Assembly: GCA_001940985.1 (NCBI GenBank)
Contig: MSHB01000022.1
Coordinates: 35,393 to 99,392 of the forward strand
DNA length: 64,000 bases
Source: Mollicutes bacterium Phil14
Lineage (GTDB): Bacteria; Bacillota_I; Bacilli_A; ML615J-28; CAG-698
Direction: 5' to 3'
Made by a program: the position numbers and the translations under genes. A model generated the notes under the pieces. That model ran no database searches. It saw nothing but the letters and a program-made list of their open reading frames with translations, and had not been told where the DNA came from. This document shows, piece by piece, positions 24,774 through 35,152 of the stretch. Each line of letters starts with the position of its first letter. Position 1 is the first letter of the stretch.

Positions 24774-27347
24774 TTATTTCTTGTAATTATATTTTTCTAT
24801 TAATTCTAAAGCGTCTTCATAAGGAACAGCTTTACTAATTAAGAAACCTTGAATTACTTCACATCCATTTTTCTTTAAAAATTGATATTGTTTTTCATCT
24901 TCAACGCCTTCAGCTATTATTTTCATATCTAAACTTATAGCTAAAGATATAATCTTTGAAACAATAATTCTTGAACTTTTATCGGTATTAATATATTTAA
25001 TAAATTCCTTATCTATTTTTATTGCATCAATTGGCAAATCTTTTAAGTATAACATCGAACTATAACCAGTACCAAAATCATCTAAGTGAATTATGAAACC
25101 ATGTTTTTTTAATACTTTCATTTTTTCTGCCATCAGTTTTATATTCTGTACTAAAAAAGTTTCTGTAATTTCTAGAGCTATCATATTAGGATTTACTTTT
25201 TCTTCTTCAGTCATTCCTATCATTTGAGTAACAAAACCATCTTGAATAAGTTGGGCAGGAGAAACATTAATTGAAATTGTTATCCCTTGACCTTCAAGTT
25301 TCTTAGCGATTTGTAAAGCTTGTCTTATTATGATTTTTCCAATAGGAATAATCATATTATTCTTTTCTGCTAATTCAATAAAATGCTGTGGAGAGTCATT
25401 AATATATTTAGGATTATTCCATCTAACCAAGGCTTCAAAACCAATAATCTTTCTATTACTAGCATCACATTGTGGTTGAATATAAACTATCAATTCACCT
25501 TTTTTAATCGCTTTACGTAAATCTTCTTCCATTAATTGTTCTTTTTTTATTAATTTACCTAAACTTATATCATAAATTATATAATCAGAAACATTCAAAC
25601 CTTTAGCTTTTTCAAATGCTATTTCAGCATATTCACAAATTGAATTATTATCTAATCCATCATATTTTTCCATTTCAATATTAAATATACCACTATGACA
25701 TCTAATTATTAAGGCATTAGCATCTATTTCTATAGGTTTTTTCAAAGTGTTTTTTAAATTATTCAACCAACTAATTACATCATTATATGTCTCAAGATTT
25801 TTAAATAATACTGCAAATTTGTCTTTACTTAAACAATATAAAATCATATCTTCTTTTAATAGTTCACTAACTAACTTTACAAAATTTAAAACAAGTTTGT
25901 TAATCATTTTATTACCAAAGATACGAGCATATCTCTCTAATGAATCAATACAAAATACTACTAAAGAACTTTCTATTTTTATTCCATTTTTTAAACTTGT
26001 ATTAACCTTCTCTAAATGTTTTTCTAAGTCCTTTAATAAAACTTCTTTTGTTGGGAGATGAGTAATTTCATCATAACTTATTCTCTTCACAGCATAATTC
26101 ATTTCTTCATATTGCTTTGTTACATCATCACCTATTATATAGTTATTAAATCCTATTTTTAAAGAAACTAAATTTATAACAATATTTTTTCCACTCAAAT
26201 CAACCAAGTGAATCATAAAGTGATTATTTTTTTCTATGTTTTCTAATATGTTACCATCACAATAGCAATCAAAATCCATTATATTCTTATAACTATTCCA
26301 ATCAATATTAAGTTTTTTAAAAGCAGAATTTCTATATATTATTTTTCCTTTTTTGTTAACTCTAAAGATATATGGTTTTGAATAATATAAAGATAATCTA
26401 GAAGATTGGATATCTTCATTTTTCTTAAAGCAGACACCAAATAATACTGCTAGCCCAACAACTAGTATCAATGATAATATCGTTAATAATAAAACTAGTG
26501 GAATAATTAACGATTTTTCGAATCCAACCAACTTTTCTTTATAAAAAACAGATATTAAATAAAAGTACTCACTTTGCTCGTTTATAACAATTTTATTATA
26601 TGTTAAATAACATCTTTGTCCTCGAACATAATAGCTATTATCAACACCTTCACTACCATTGATAATCATATCTATTAATTTTTCTTTATCTGAGTTTGTT
26701 GAAACACTGCTTAAATAATCATCATAGAAATAATCGCCTGTTTCTTTACCATTTTGGAAATATATATATCCATTTTTATTAATCAAAAATGCGTCTGGTT
26801 CATACTCTCGCCTCATACTAAATATGGGCATTAAAAATTCGTCTGCTCTAACAATGGCTACCCTATTATCATTAAAAAAGAATATCGCACATTTGCCTAA
26901 ATCGCAATCAGTAAAGGCATCTGTTAAATCGATTACACTAAATTTTTCATATGTAAAATTAGATAGAGAAAAACCACCTTTTATTTTGTGTGTTGAAGTT
27001 TCCAATATCAAATTCGAATTTTTTATTTCGCCAAATATTATATTTTCACAATTTATTAATTCAACATCATTTATATTTTTATTTAAATCTTTTAAAGTCC
27101 TATCGTGATAAGTGTTATAGAATGCATTTAAAGCCATAATATTATAATCTATTTGACTACTAATTGCATCGCTTGTTGAAAGATTATTTACATAAACTGT
27201 ATTTTCAATTCTTTTATCAATATAACCGTCTAGTATATGTTTGTAAAAGTTGTATGATACACCAATTATACATACAAAAACTAGCAAAAACGAAATGAGC
27301 GAACTAACAATAAACTTTTTCATAAATACCCTCTTAGTACACTGCAT
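24774..27347 (-). CDS. Sensor c-di-GMP phosphodiesterase. It has a periplasmic sensor domain between two TMs, a degenerate GGDEF domain and an active-type EAL domain.
   Basis: 857 aa. N-terminal TM, about 250-aa extracytoplasmic region, second TM, GGDEF-fold region lacking the GGDEF motif, then an EAL domain with YIQPQ...GFEALVRW and canonical HLDDFGTGYSS. Confidence 0.8.
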   Translation of the reverse strand: MQCTKRVFMKKFIVSSLISFLLVFVCIIGVSYNFYKHILDGYIDKRIENTVYVNNLSTSDAISSQIDYNIMALNAFYNTYHDRTLKDLNKNINDVELINCENIIFGEIKNSNLILETSTHKIKGGFSLSNFTYEKFSVIDLTDAFTDCDLGKCAIFFFNDNRVAIVRADEFLMPIFSMRREYEPDAFLINKNGYIYFQNGKETGDYFYDDYLSSVSTNSDKEKLIDMIINGSEGVDNSYYVRGQRCYLTYNKIVINEQSEYFYLISVFYKEKLVGFEKSLIIPLVLLLTILSLILVVGLAVLFGVCFKKNEDIQSSRLSLYYSKPYIFRVNKKGKIIYRNSAFKKLNIDWNSYKNIMDFDCYCDGNILENIEKNNHFMIHLVDLSGKNIVINLVSLKIGFNNYIIGDDVTKQYEEMNYAVKRISYDEITHLPTKEVLLKDLEKHLEKVNTSLKNGIKIESSLVVFCIDSLERYARIFGNKMINKLVLNFVKLVSELLKEDMILYCLSKDKFAVLFKNLETYNDVISWLNNLKNTLKKPIEIDANALIIRCHSGIFNIEMEKYDGLDNNSICEYAEIAFEKAKGLNVSDYIIYDISLGKLIKKEQLMEEDLRKAIKKGELIVYIQPQCDASNRKIIGFEALVRWNNPKYINDSPQHFIELAEKNNMIIPIGKIIIRQALQIAKKLEGQGITISINVSPAQLIQDGFVTQMIGMTEEEKVNPNMIALEITETFLVQNIKLMAEKMKVLKKHGFIIHLDDFGTGYSSMLYLKDLPIDAIKIDKEFIKYINTDKSSRIIVSKIISLAISLDMKIIAEGVEDEKQYQFLKKNGCEVIQGFLISKAVPYEDALELIEKYNYKK

Positions 27348-27420
27348 TTAGTATAGCATTTACAAATATAATTGTCAAATGTTTAAATAAAGCTTTTTTA
27401 AACTTTAAATACGAAACTAT

Positions 27421-27453
27421 TAAAAAAAGTCATTTTAGATAAACTAAAATGAC
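27421..27453 (-). terminator. Rho-independent terminator downstream of the S4-domain gene.
   Basis: Minus-strand hairpin GUCAUUUUAG-UUUAUC-UAAAAUGAC followed by UUUUUUUA. Confidence 0.6.
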
Positions 27454-27460
27454 ATTACAA

Positions 27461-27715
27461 TTAATTTTCAACAACGCTTATAACCTCATACATGTCAGAA
27501 GCATCATCTTTTTTCACTGTTTGTTGAAGAGATAAAACTTTAACAACCATTTTTTTCTTAAAATAGTTAATTTCAATTATATCTCCAATCTTCAACTCCG
27601 TACTAGGTTTAGCAACTCTACCATTAACATTAATCCTACTAGCATCACTGACGTCTTTTGCTACAGTTCTTCTTTTAATAATTCGTGAGACTTTTAAAAA
27701 CTTATCTAATCTCAT
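27461..27715 (-). CDS. S4-domain RNA-binding protein (Hsp15/YabO-like).
   Basis: 84 aa, [21 protein letters not shown]..., typical of small S4-fold proteins. Co-oriented immediately downstream of ftsH. Confidence 0.7.
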   Translation of the reverse strand: MRLDKFLKVSRIIKRRTVAKDVSDASRINVNGRVAKPSTELKIGDIIEINYFKKKMVVKVLSLQQTVKKDDASDMYEVISVVEN

Positions 27716-27717
27716 AA

Positions 27718-29805
27718 TTATTTATCTTCAGATTTGTTATTATCATTATCGTCTTCTAAAGCTTTACGATAAGATTCTTCAACATCATCATTTTTACTAT
27801 CTGTAGTTTGAGGAGCATCATTTGAATCTTGTTTTGCTTTTTCCATTGCTTCAAATTGGCGGCGATAAATATCTTGAAGTTCAGCTTCTTTTTCTTTAGC
27901 AATTCTTACTGCTTCTTCTTTAGCTTTCTTCTTTTCCCACCATTCTAAGCGTCCTGTATTAACAAGTTCGTAGATATCTTCTTTTGTTAATGTTTCAATT
28001 TCTCTTAAATGGTATGCTATATTTTCTAATAAGTCTTTATTTTCAGATAAGACTTTTTTACCACGTTCATAGCATTCCTCAATAATTCTTTTAACTTCAT
28101 GGTCTATTTCTAGAGCCATTTGATCAGAGAAATTCTTTTCACTCATATAGTCTCTACCTAAAAATACTGAATGATTACCTCTTTCATATTGAACTGGTCC
28201 TAATAAACTCATACCATATTCAGTAACCATAGCACGAGCAATAGCTGTAGCTTTTTGGAAATCATTATGAGCACCAGTAGTTATTTCGCCACACATCAAT
28301 TCTTCAGAAATTCTACCACCTAAAAGTCCAGTAATAGTATCTAATAATCCTTGACGAGTTTCTAAGAATTTTTCTTCTTCTGGTGTCATTAAGGCATATC
28401 CACCTGCTTCACCACGAGGAACAATAGTAACTTTTTGAACTATTTCTGCATTTTCAAGTTTTACGCCAAGTACTGCATGACCAGCTTCATGGTATGAAAC
28501 CATTGTCTTTTCTTTGTCTGTATATTTTCTACTTCTTTTTGCAGGTCCCATTAGAACTCTGTCTATAGCTTCATCAATATCATAAATTTTAATTTCTTTA
28601 CGATTTTCTCTTGCGGCAAGCAATGCTGCTTCATTTAATAAATTCTCTAAATCAGCACCACTAAAACCAGGAGTTCTACGTGAAATATCATCAAGATTAA
28701 TCTTAGGTGATAAGTGCTTATTACGAGCATGAACTTTTAATATTTCAGTTCTACCTTTGACATCAGGATTTGAAATTCTAATTTGTCTATCGAATCGACC
28801 TGGACGAAGTAAAGCTGGGTCTAAAACGTCAACTCTATTAGTAGCGGCCATAACAATAACACCACTATTTTCACTAAATCCATCCATTTCAACTAATAAT
28901 TGGTTAAGTGTTTGTTCTCTTTCATCATGTCCACCACCAAGTCCTGCACCTCTTTGACGACCTACAGCATCGATTTCATCAATAAAAACGATACATGGAG
29001 CACTTTGTTTTGCAGTCTTGAACATATCACGAACACGGCTAGCACCTACACCAACAAACATTTCTACGAAGTCACTACCAGAAATTGAATAAAATGGTAC
29101 TTTAGCTTCTCCAGCAACCGCCTTAGCAAGCAAAGTTTTACCTGTTCCTGGAGGGCCTACAAGTAGTACACCTTTAGGAATTCTTGCCCCAATTTCAAAG
29201 TACTTCTTAGGATTTCTTAAAAAGTCGATAATTTCTTCTAATTCTTCTTTTTCTTCATCACAACCAGCAACATCTTTGAATGTCTTGTCTGTTTTCTTAT
29301 TTAAGCGAGCTCTAGTTTTACCAAATTCAAAGGCTTTATTATTGCTATTATTAACATTTTTGCTCATAAAAACAATGAATGCAATAATTAAAACAATTGG
29401 TAACACAACCATAAAAATAATACTTACCCAATCAACAGGATTTAAAGTAATAATTTCTGGGTTAATGTTATATTTTTCCATTGCCTCAGGTGTTAATAGA
29501 TTTTCTCTTGTTGTAGTTTGATCTAAAAGAATAGTAAACTTTCTTGTTTCACCATTTGCATCTAGATATCTACCAGTTATACGATAAAAGTTTCTGTTTT
29601 CACTTCCACCAGCTGGTTGAATAATAATTTTTTGGAATCTTCCTTCCTCTAACAAACCATAGAAATCTTTTTGTGTTAACTCATCAGCTTTATTAAGCGT
29701 TCTGCCAACTAACCAACCGATTCCTATTATTACTAATACGAGTATAATAATGACCCCAATGTCTGATTTTTTCATTTTTCTTTGATTAGGTGTTTTTGGT
29801 GTCAC
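27718..29805 (-). CDS. ftsH: ATP-dependent zinc metalloprotease FtsH.
   Basis: 695 aa. Two N-terminal TMs, Walker A GPPGTGKT, second region of homology, HEAGHA zinc-binding motif and an acidic C-terminal tail. Confidence 0.95.
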   Translation of the reverse strand: MTPKTPNQRKMKKSDIGVIIILVLVIIGIGWLVGRTLNKADELTQKDFYGLLEEGRFQKIIIQPAGGSENRNFYRITGRYLDANGETRKFTILLDQTTTRENLLTPEAMEKYNINPEIITLNPVDWVSIIFMVVLPIVLIIAFIVFMSKNVNNSNNKAFEFGKTRARLNKKTDKTFKDVAGCDEEKEELEEIIDFLRNPKKYFEIGARIPKGVLLVGPPGTGKTLLAKAVAGEAKVPFYSISGSDFVEMFVGVGASRVRDMFKTAKQSAPCIVFIDEIDAVGRQRGAGLGGGHDEREQTLNQLLVEMDGFSENSGVIVMAATNRVDVLDPALLRPGRFDRQIRISNPDVKGRTEILKVHARNKHLSPKINLDDISRRTPGFSGADLENLLNEAALLAARENRKEIKIYDIDEAIDRVLMGPAKRSRKYTDKEKTMVSYHEAGHAVLGVKLENAEIVQKVTIVPRGEAGGYALMTPEEEKFLETRQGLLDTITGLLGGRISEELMCGEITTGAHNDFQKATAIARAMVTEYGMSLLGPVQYERGNHSVFLGRDYMSEKNFSDQMALEIDHEVKRIIEECYERGKKVLSENKDLLENIAYHLREIETLTKEDIYELVNTGRLEWWEKKKAKEEAVRIAKEKEAELQDIYRRQFEAMEKAKQDSNDAPQTTDSKNDDVEESYRKALEDDNDNNKSEDK

Positions 29806-29819
29806 TATAACCCACCTCC

Positions 29820-30359
29820 TTATTTTTCATAAACTGATCTTTTTAATACACCTACATATGGTAAGTTACGATATAATTCATCGTAATCTAATCCAAATCC
29901 AACAACAAACTTTCCAGGAATTTCTTGACCAACATAATCAGGATATAAATTTGGTACTGTCCTTCCAGAAGGTTTATCTAATAAAGTTGCAACTCTTATA
30001 CTTTTAGCTTTGCGATCTTTAAGTAAATTCTTGATTTCTTGAATAGTTAAGCCACTATCAACGATATCTTCAACAATTATTACATCTCTATCAACTAAAG
30101 GAGTACTAGTATCTTTAGTAATAGTAACTGCTCCAGTTGAATGAACGCCGCTATAACTAGAAACCTTCATAAAATCAACTTCCATTTCGATATCAATATG
30201 CTTCATTAATTCAGCTAAAAATGGTACCGAACCTTTCAATAAACCAATAAGTAATGGCTTCTTGCCAGCGTAGTCATGAGATATTTGTTTTCCTATTCTC
30301 TCAGCAATTGCTACGATTTCCTCATTAGTTAACAATACTTCTTCAATAAAATCATGCAT
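29820..30359 (-). CDS. hpt: Hypoxanthine-guanine phosphoribosyltransferase.
   Basis: 179 aa. PRPP-binding motif VIIVEDIVDSGLT. Sits in the conserved Firmicutes tilS-hpt-ftsH arrangement. Confidence 0.9.
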   Translation of the reverse strand: MHDFIEEVLLTNEEIVAIAERIGKQISHDYAGKKPLLIGLLKGSVPFLAELMKHIDIEMEVDFMKVSSYSGVHSTGAVTITKDTSTPLVDRDVIIVEDIVDSGLTIQEIKNLLKDRKAKSIRVATLLDKPSGRTVPNLYPDYVGQEIPGKFVVGFGLDYDELYRNLPYVGVLKRSVYEK

Positions 30360-31686
30360 AATTTTCCTCCACTCTTATGATAATATTGCAGTCTTCAATA
30401 GGACTCAAAATACTACTTTTTTTAACTCCAAAGACTATTAAGACATTGTCATCTTTGTCAACTGCCAACAAGATATTCTCTCTTCTTGAAAGAGTAACTT
30501 TAGAATCAATTAACAAATCTTTAATTTTTTTAGTTTGTTTACCTTTCCCTACGATGATTTTATCTCCAGGCTTCCTTGAGCGTATATGAATTGGTAACTC
30601 TTGCATATTATAACACAACTCATTAGATTTTGTAACAAAATTATCTTTTTTTTCTAATACATTTATACAAATACTGTCATTTACTACATATCTACCTAAC
30701 TTAGTAATTTCAATATCTATATCAATTGCCTCATCAATACAACTTAAAAAACTAATCTTATTATATTCTTTCAAGAAAACAATACCTTTATATTTGTTTT
30801 TAAAATTCTTTTTACTACTATTAATCCACTTAATAAATTCTAAAATATTTTTAGATGAAAATTTATGTTTCTTTAACATTTCAAATAAAACTTCTTTTTG
30901 CATATATAAACTCAAACACATAAATTCATCTTTATCAAAACTAAAGCCATTGTTTTCAATTCTTATTTTTTCTTTAATGAAATTATCTCTAACTCTATCA
31001 ATTTCTAGACTAGCATCATTTACTTGATTAGAAAATTCCAAGAACTTTTTAACACAACCACTTTCTATTTCTTTTAAATTAGGTAAAACCAAATGGCGAA
31101 TTTTATTTCTTGTATAATCTAGATGACTATTACTTTCATCTTCATAATAAATAAAATTTGTTCTCGCTTGATATTCTTTTATATCTTTTCTTTCTAAATC
31201 TAAAAAAGGTCTAATAACATACATATCTCTAACTTTAGTAATATGTTTCATAGCGCTATAGCCTTCTAAAGAACTACCTCTTAAAATTCTCATTATAATT
31301 GTTTCAACCAAATCATCACCATGATGAGCTAAACACAAGATATTACATCCTTCTTTTTCCATTACCTCATAAAAGAAATCATATCTATAACTTCTAGCAA
31401 CAGCTTGAAAATTATCAACATTAGTAAACTTCAAACTTTTTGTATAACATTTAAGACCATTTTTTAGGCAAAAATCTTTTATAAATGCTTCTTCTAATAT
31501 TGATTGTTCTCTTCTATTATGATTAACATGACAGACAATAATATCTAAATTTTTGTCTTCTCTAATTTCTAAAAAAGAATGTAATAAAGCCATAGAATCT
31601 ATTCCCGTTGAAACTGCTATTACAATCTTTTGATTTTCAATATTAAAATTATTTTCTTTAAAAAAATTCAATAAATACTTTTTCAT
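30352..31686 (-). CDS. tilS: tRNA(Ile)-lysidine synthetase TilS.
   Basis: 444 aa. N-terminal PP-loop SGGxDS variant (VIAVSTGIDSMALL). Positioned upstream of hpt-ftsH. Confidence 0.85.
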   Translation of the reverse strand: MKKYLLNFFKENNFNIENQKIVIAVSTGIDSMALLHSFLEIREDKNLDIIVCHVNHNRREQSILEEAFIKDFCLKNGLKCYTKSLKFTNVDNFQAVARSYRYDFFYEVMEKEGCNILCLAHHGDDLVETIIMRILRGSSLEGYSAMKHITKVRDMYVIRPFLDLERKDIKEYQARTNFIYYEDESNSHLDYTRNKIRHLVLPNLKEIESGCVKKFLEFSNQVNDASLEIDRVRDNFIKEKIRIENNGFSFDKDEFMCLSLYMQKEVLFEMLKKHKFSSKNILEFIKWINSSKKNFKNKYKGIVFLKEYNKISFLSCIDEAIDIDIEITKLGRYVVNDSICINVLEKKDNFVTKSNELCYNMQELPIHIRSRKPGDKIIVGKGKQTKKIKDLLIDSKVTLSRRENILLAVDKDDNVLIVFGVKKSSILSPIEDCNIIIRVEENYA

Positions 31687-31811
31687 AATTAACCTACTTT
31701 TAAATATTATATACTAAAATAATGAAAAAATAAAGTATTATATACTTATAAACAAAGATTTAATAATCAAAATTAATTGATCATTAAATCACTTTGTAAG
31801 AGGAAAAAATT

Positions 31812-32105
31812 TTAAAGTGGTAAGTCTTTCCTTACAAACTTAACAGTTCCTAGTATATAACCTATTAAACCAAGTCCTAATAGACATCCAAATTTCCAAA
31901 TAAATGCCGTTGTTTCTTCTAATATTGAAACAACATCAAACATAGATATTATAGTAATATAATTGAAATAATTCAAAGAATCAAGTCTTACAACTGATGG
32001 AATAGTTTTACTACCGAATAGGCCTAAAATTGCGGCTACTAAAGCAAAAATACTTAAACCACCACCAATAGCCATTGAGCCACTATCAACTTGACCAGAA
32101 ATCAA
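31812..32105 (-). CDS. Small hydrophobic protein (97 aa). Possibly a remnant of the permease partner of the truncated ABC ATPase.
   Basis: 2-3 predicted TM helices. Start overlaps the stop of the upstream ABC ATPase ORF by 4 nt. Confidence 0.3.
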   Translation of the reverse strand: MISGQVDSGSMAIGGGLSIFALVAAILGLFGSKTIPSVVRLDSLNYFNYITIISMFDVVSILEETTAFIWKFGCLLGLGLIGYILGTVKFVRKDLPL

Positions 32106-32695
32106 ATTGTTTTTCCTCTTTCTTTTTCTTGATGTATAAATTCAATAAAGCGTTCTTGCATAACTGGGTCTAACCCACTTGTAGGTTCATCTAAAATCAA
32201 GACATCAGGATCACTCATAAATGCAACAACAACCGCCAATTTTCTTTTAACCCCTAAACTCATTCTTTTGGTTTCACCATTTAATGCTATTTCATCTAAT
32301 TCAAATAAATCTAATAACATTTTTAATCTTTCATTAATATGTATGCCTTGTAAATCTTGCATCATTTTAATGAATTCTTTTCCTGTTATTCCTGCGGGCA
32401 AAGCTATTTCACCTGGTATATAACCTACTTTAGCCAAAATTTCATAATGCTTATTAAATGTTTCATAGCCAAAAATTTTTGTACTCCCACTATCTGGTTT
32501 AGAAAATCCCATCAGATGACTGATTGTTGTAGACTTCCCTGCCCCATTAGGTCCTAAGAAACCAAAAACTTCGCCCTTTTCAACATCTATACTTACGCCA
32601 AAAACTCCACGACCAGAGCCATAATCCTTAGTTAAATTTTTAACTTCTATTATGCTCATTTTTCCTCCTTTTTTCAACACTGTTAACATTTTCAC
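32102..32695 (-). CDS. ABC transporter ATP-binding protein, C-terminally truncated (no H-loop). Possible decaying gene.
   Basis: 197 aa. Walker A GPNGAGKST, Q-loop, signature LSLGVKRKL, Walker B and D-loop LILDEPTSGLD. The ORF ends at TGA right after ...ERGKTI. No H-loop sequence is present in any downstream frame. Confidence 0.55.
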   Translation of the reverse strand: MKMLTVLKKGGKMSIIEVKNLTKDYGSGRGVFGVSIDVEKGEVFGFLGPNGAGKSTTISHLMGFSKPDSGSTKIFGYETFNKHYEILAKVGYIPGEIALPAGITGKEFIKMMQDLQGIHINERLKMLLDLFELDEIALNGETKRMSLGVKRKLAVVVAFMSDPDVLILDEPTSGLDPVMQERFIEFIHQEKERGKTI

Positions 32696-32798
32696 ATTGT
32701 TGAATTATAATATATATAACAATAATTGCAAAGAACAATTTTTTAATCACTGTAAAAAAATCAACACTTTTTATTAAATTGTTAAAAAGGAGTAAAAT

Positions 32799-33377
32799 AT
32801 GAAAGTTAGAAATCTAAATAACTCATCAAAAAAGACAAAAGCTTTAATTAAAAAGACCTTTGCGGAGATGATGTCAGAAAAAAAAGAATTAGGAAAAATT
32901 TCAGTGAGTGAACTAGTAAAAAGAGCCGATATAAACAGAGGGACGTTTTATGCTCACTATGATGATATCTACTGCGTAGCAGAAGATTATGAAAATGAAT
33001 TAATTGATACTTTTTTTAGTAAAGCAAAACTAATAAAATCTACTAATTATGAAGATTTTATGGATTCATTTTTTAATTATATTGAAGAAAATAATGAAAA
33101 CTACAAAATGCTTTGTAAATCTAATGATTTTCTTTTTGCAGCAAAAAAGCTATCAACAATCGCCAGCAACAAATTCATTGAACTTTTTAATAATGATTCA
33201 AGATTAAAAAATAAAGATTTTTTAAATATTGAAATTAATGTTTTTATAGAAGGTCTACTTTGTGAATATGTTAAATACTGTCGAGGTTATTCAGAAAATG
33301 GCATTACACAATTATATGAATATACAAAATATTGGGTTAAAAACTTTGTTAATAAAAGATTCGGAGAACAATTATAA
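32799..33377 (+). CDS. TetR/AcrR-family transcriptional regulator.
   Basis: 192 aa. N-terminal HTH pattern ISVSELVKRADINRGTFYAHYDD. Divergent from the ABC ATPase gene. The only convincing plus-strand gene in the window. Confidence 0.8.
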   Translation: MKVRNLNNSSKKTKALIKKTFAEMMSEKKELGKISVSELVKRADINRGTFYAHYDDIYCVAEDYENELIDTFFSKAKLIKSTNYEDFMDSFFNYIEENNENYKMLCKSNDFLFAAKKLSTIASNKFIELFNNDSRLKNKDFLNIEINVFIEGLLCEYVKYCRGYSENGITQLYEYTKYWVKNFVNKRFGEQL

Positions 33378-33917
33378 AAAATACTACTTCAACAATTAAT
33401 ATGTATGTAAATAATGACAATGATTTTCTTTCAACGTATTCATTAGATGGCAATCCTGTTATATCTAGTGAAGTTGCTAGTTTTTTGGAAAATAGTGCTA
33501 AACAGTTCCACCCCAAAGAAGAACTTACTCTTAATATATAGCAATTGCATTGATGAAAAAGAAAAAAATCTTTACAAAAAAGCTATCAAGAATTATTTTA
33601 ATTTACAAATCAAATCATGTGATTTTGCCCTGAAAAGAAAAAGTATTGTTGGTATCTCATTTTCATTAATAGGTATATTATGTTTATTTTTTCTAGTTTA
33701 AATATCAAACAAATTTGGATTGAATGCATTAACATTTTTGCTTGGGTATTTGTTTGGGGGGGGAGTAGATCAACTATTTATCGAAAGAGGTATTTTACTT
33801 TTCCAAAGAAAAAGATTAATTTCTTTTTTGAATATGGATATCATTTTCTTTAATAAAAATTAAAAATAAAAATGCGAATTAGAAATGATATATATCAAAT
33901 CAACAATTCGCATTTTT

Positions 33918-35018
33918 TTATTTATTTAATCCATTAATATTTTTTAAAACATTTGTTGGGAAAGTTGCAATCTTTAGTTTTTCTAAATATCTGCTTTTAA
34001 TTCCTTCTTGAATCATCTTATCTAACAAAGTCGTAAAATCTAGTTCATCAAAAAGATAAAAAGCAAGAGATCCGGGAATAGAGTTTATTTCATTAACAAA
34101 TAGTTTTTTACTATCTAAATCATATAAATAATCAACTCTAATTACTCCACGAACAGAAAAACTTTTGGCTATTTTTTTAGTTGTTTTCGTAATTTCATCT
34201 TTTAAATCAAGATTTTCAAATTCAGCTGGAAATACTCTACTAACATCTACTCCTTCATACTTGTTAGCAAATGTTAAAAACTCTTTTGCTCCTTTTATTT
34301 CTTCTATTGCACTACAACTATCACCTAAAATAGCTTGATTATATTCTCTATAATTTGTCAAACACTTTTCCACTATTATTTCTTTGTCATACTTAAAAGC
34401 AGTGTTTAAAGCCCAAAACAAATCTTCTTCATTTTTAACTTTAAAAATTCCAATACTTGAACCTAAACTACAAGCTTTAATTATAACTGGAAAACCAAGA
34501 CTAGTAATTGATTTCAAACATTCATTAGCGTGTAAGACCCAGTCACTTTCTAAAATGTGAACATATTCAATATTATTAATATCATAATAATTTAACAATA
34601 CTTTCGTTATATGTTTATTTTGAAAAATGCTAGCACTTAAAACTGGACATGATGAATATGCAACTCCTAATGTTTCTAAAAAACCAGCAATTGTTCCATC
34701 TTCAACATTTTTACCATGAACTGCTGGAATAACAAAATCTATTTCTCTTTTTTTCTTAATTAAGCCTTCTCTTTGTAAATAAAGCTTATTCCCCTTATTT
34801 ATAAAATAGACGTCTTTCCCAAAAACATCATGCCTAAATGTTTCAATTTTATCAAAGTCACTATTTTCTAATAAACGATAATCATTAGTTAAATAAATAG
34901 GTATTACATTATACTTATTTTTATCTAAAGCATTTATTGTTTGAATGGCAGTAATGGTTGATATATCTTTTTCAACGCTATTTCCTCCAAACAATACAAC
35001 AATATTTTGTTTTTCCAA
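33918..35018 (-). CDS. ddl: D-alanine--D-alanine ligase.
   Basis: 366 aa ATP-grasp protein. N-terminal VVLFGGNSVEKDISTITA Ddl signature. Adjacent to a murF-like gene. Confidence 0.85.
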   Translation of the reverse strand: MEKQNIVVLFGGNSVEKDISTITAIQTINALDKNKYNVIPIYLTNDYRLLENSDFDKIETFRHDVFGKDVYFINKGNKLYLQREGLIKKKREIDFVIPAVHGKNVEDGTIAGFLETLGVAYSSCPVLSASIFQNKHITKVLLNYYDINNIEYVHILESDWVLHANECLKSITSLGFPVIIKACSLGSSIGIFKVKNEEDLFWALNTAFKYDKEIIVEKCLTNYREYNQAILGDSCSAIEEIKGAKEFLTFANKYEGVDVSRVFPAEFENLDLKDEITKTTKKIAKSFSVRGVIRVDYLYDLDSKKLFVNEINSIPGSLAFYLFDELDFTTLLDKMIQEGIKSRYLEKLKIATFPTNVLKNINGLNK

Positions 35019-35152
35019 TAAATTCCCTCCATATCAATACAATATATGCTTTTAAATAATAAATATATCATTTATTTATTTAAATTATGCTATTTATAGT
35101 ATTTTTTAAACTTAAAAACAAATTAAAAAGCACCACTAAGTGATGCTTAAAT

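Noticed and set aside
33447-33701. 84-aa ORF from the track taken as a clean stand-alone gene.
   Set aside because: Its frame is entered from an upstream 46-aa ORF by a +1 shift and continues past its stop into a further hydrophobic segment. It is treated instead as part of a disrupted gene (see finding).
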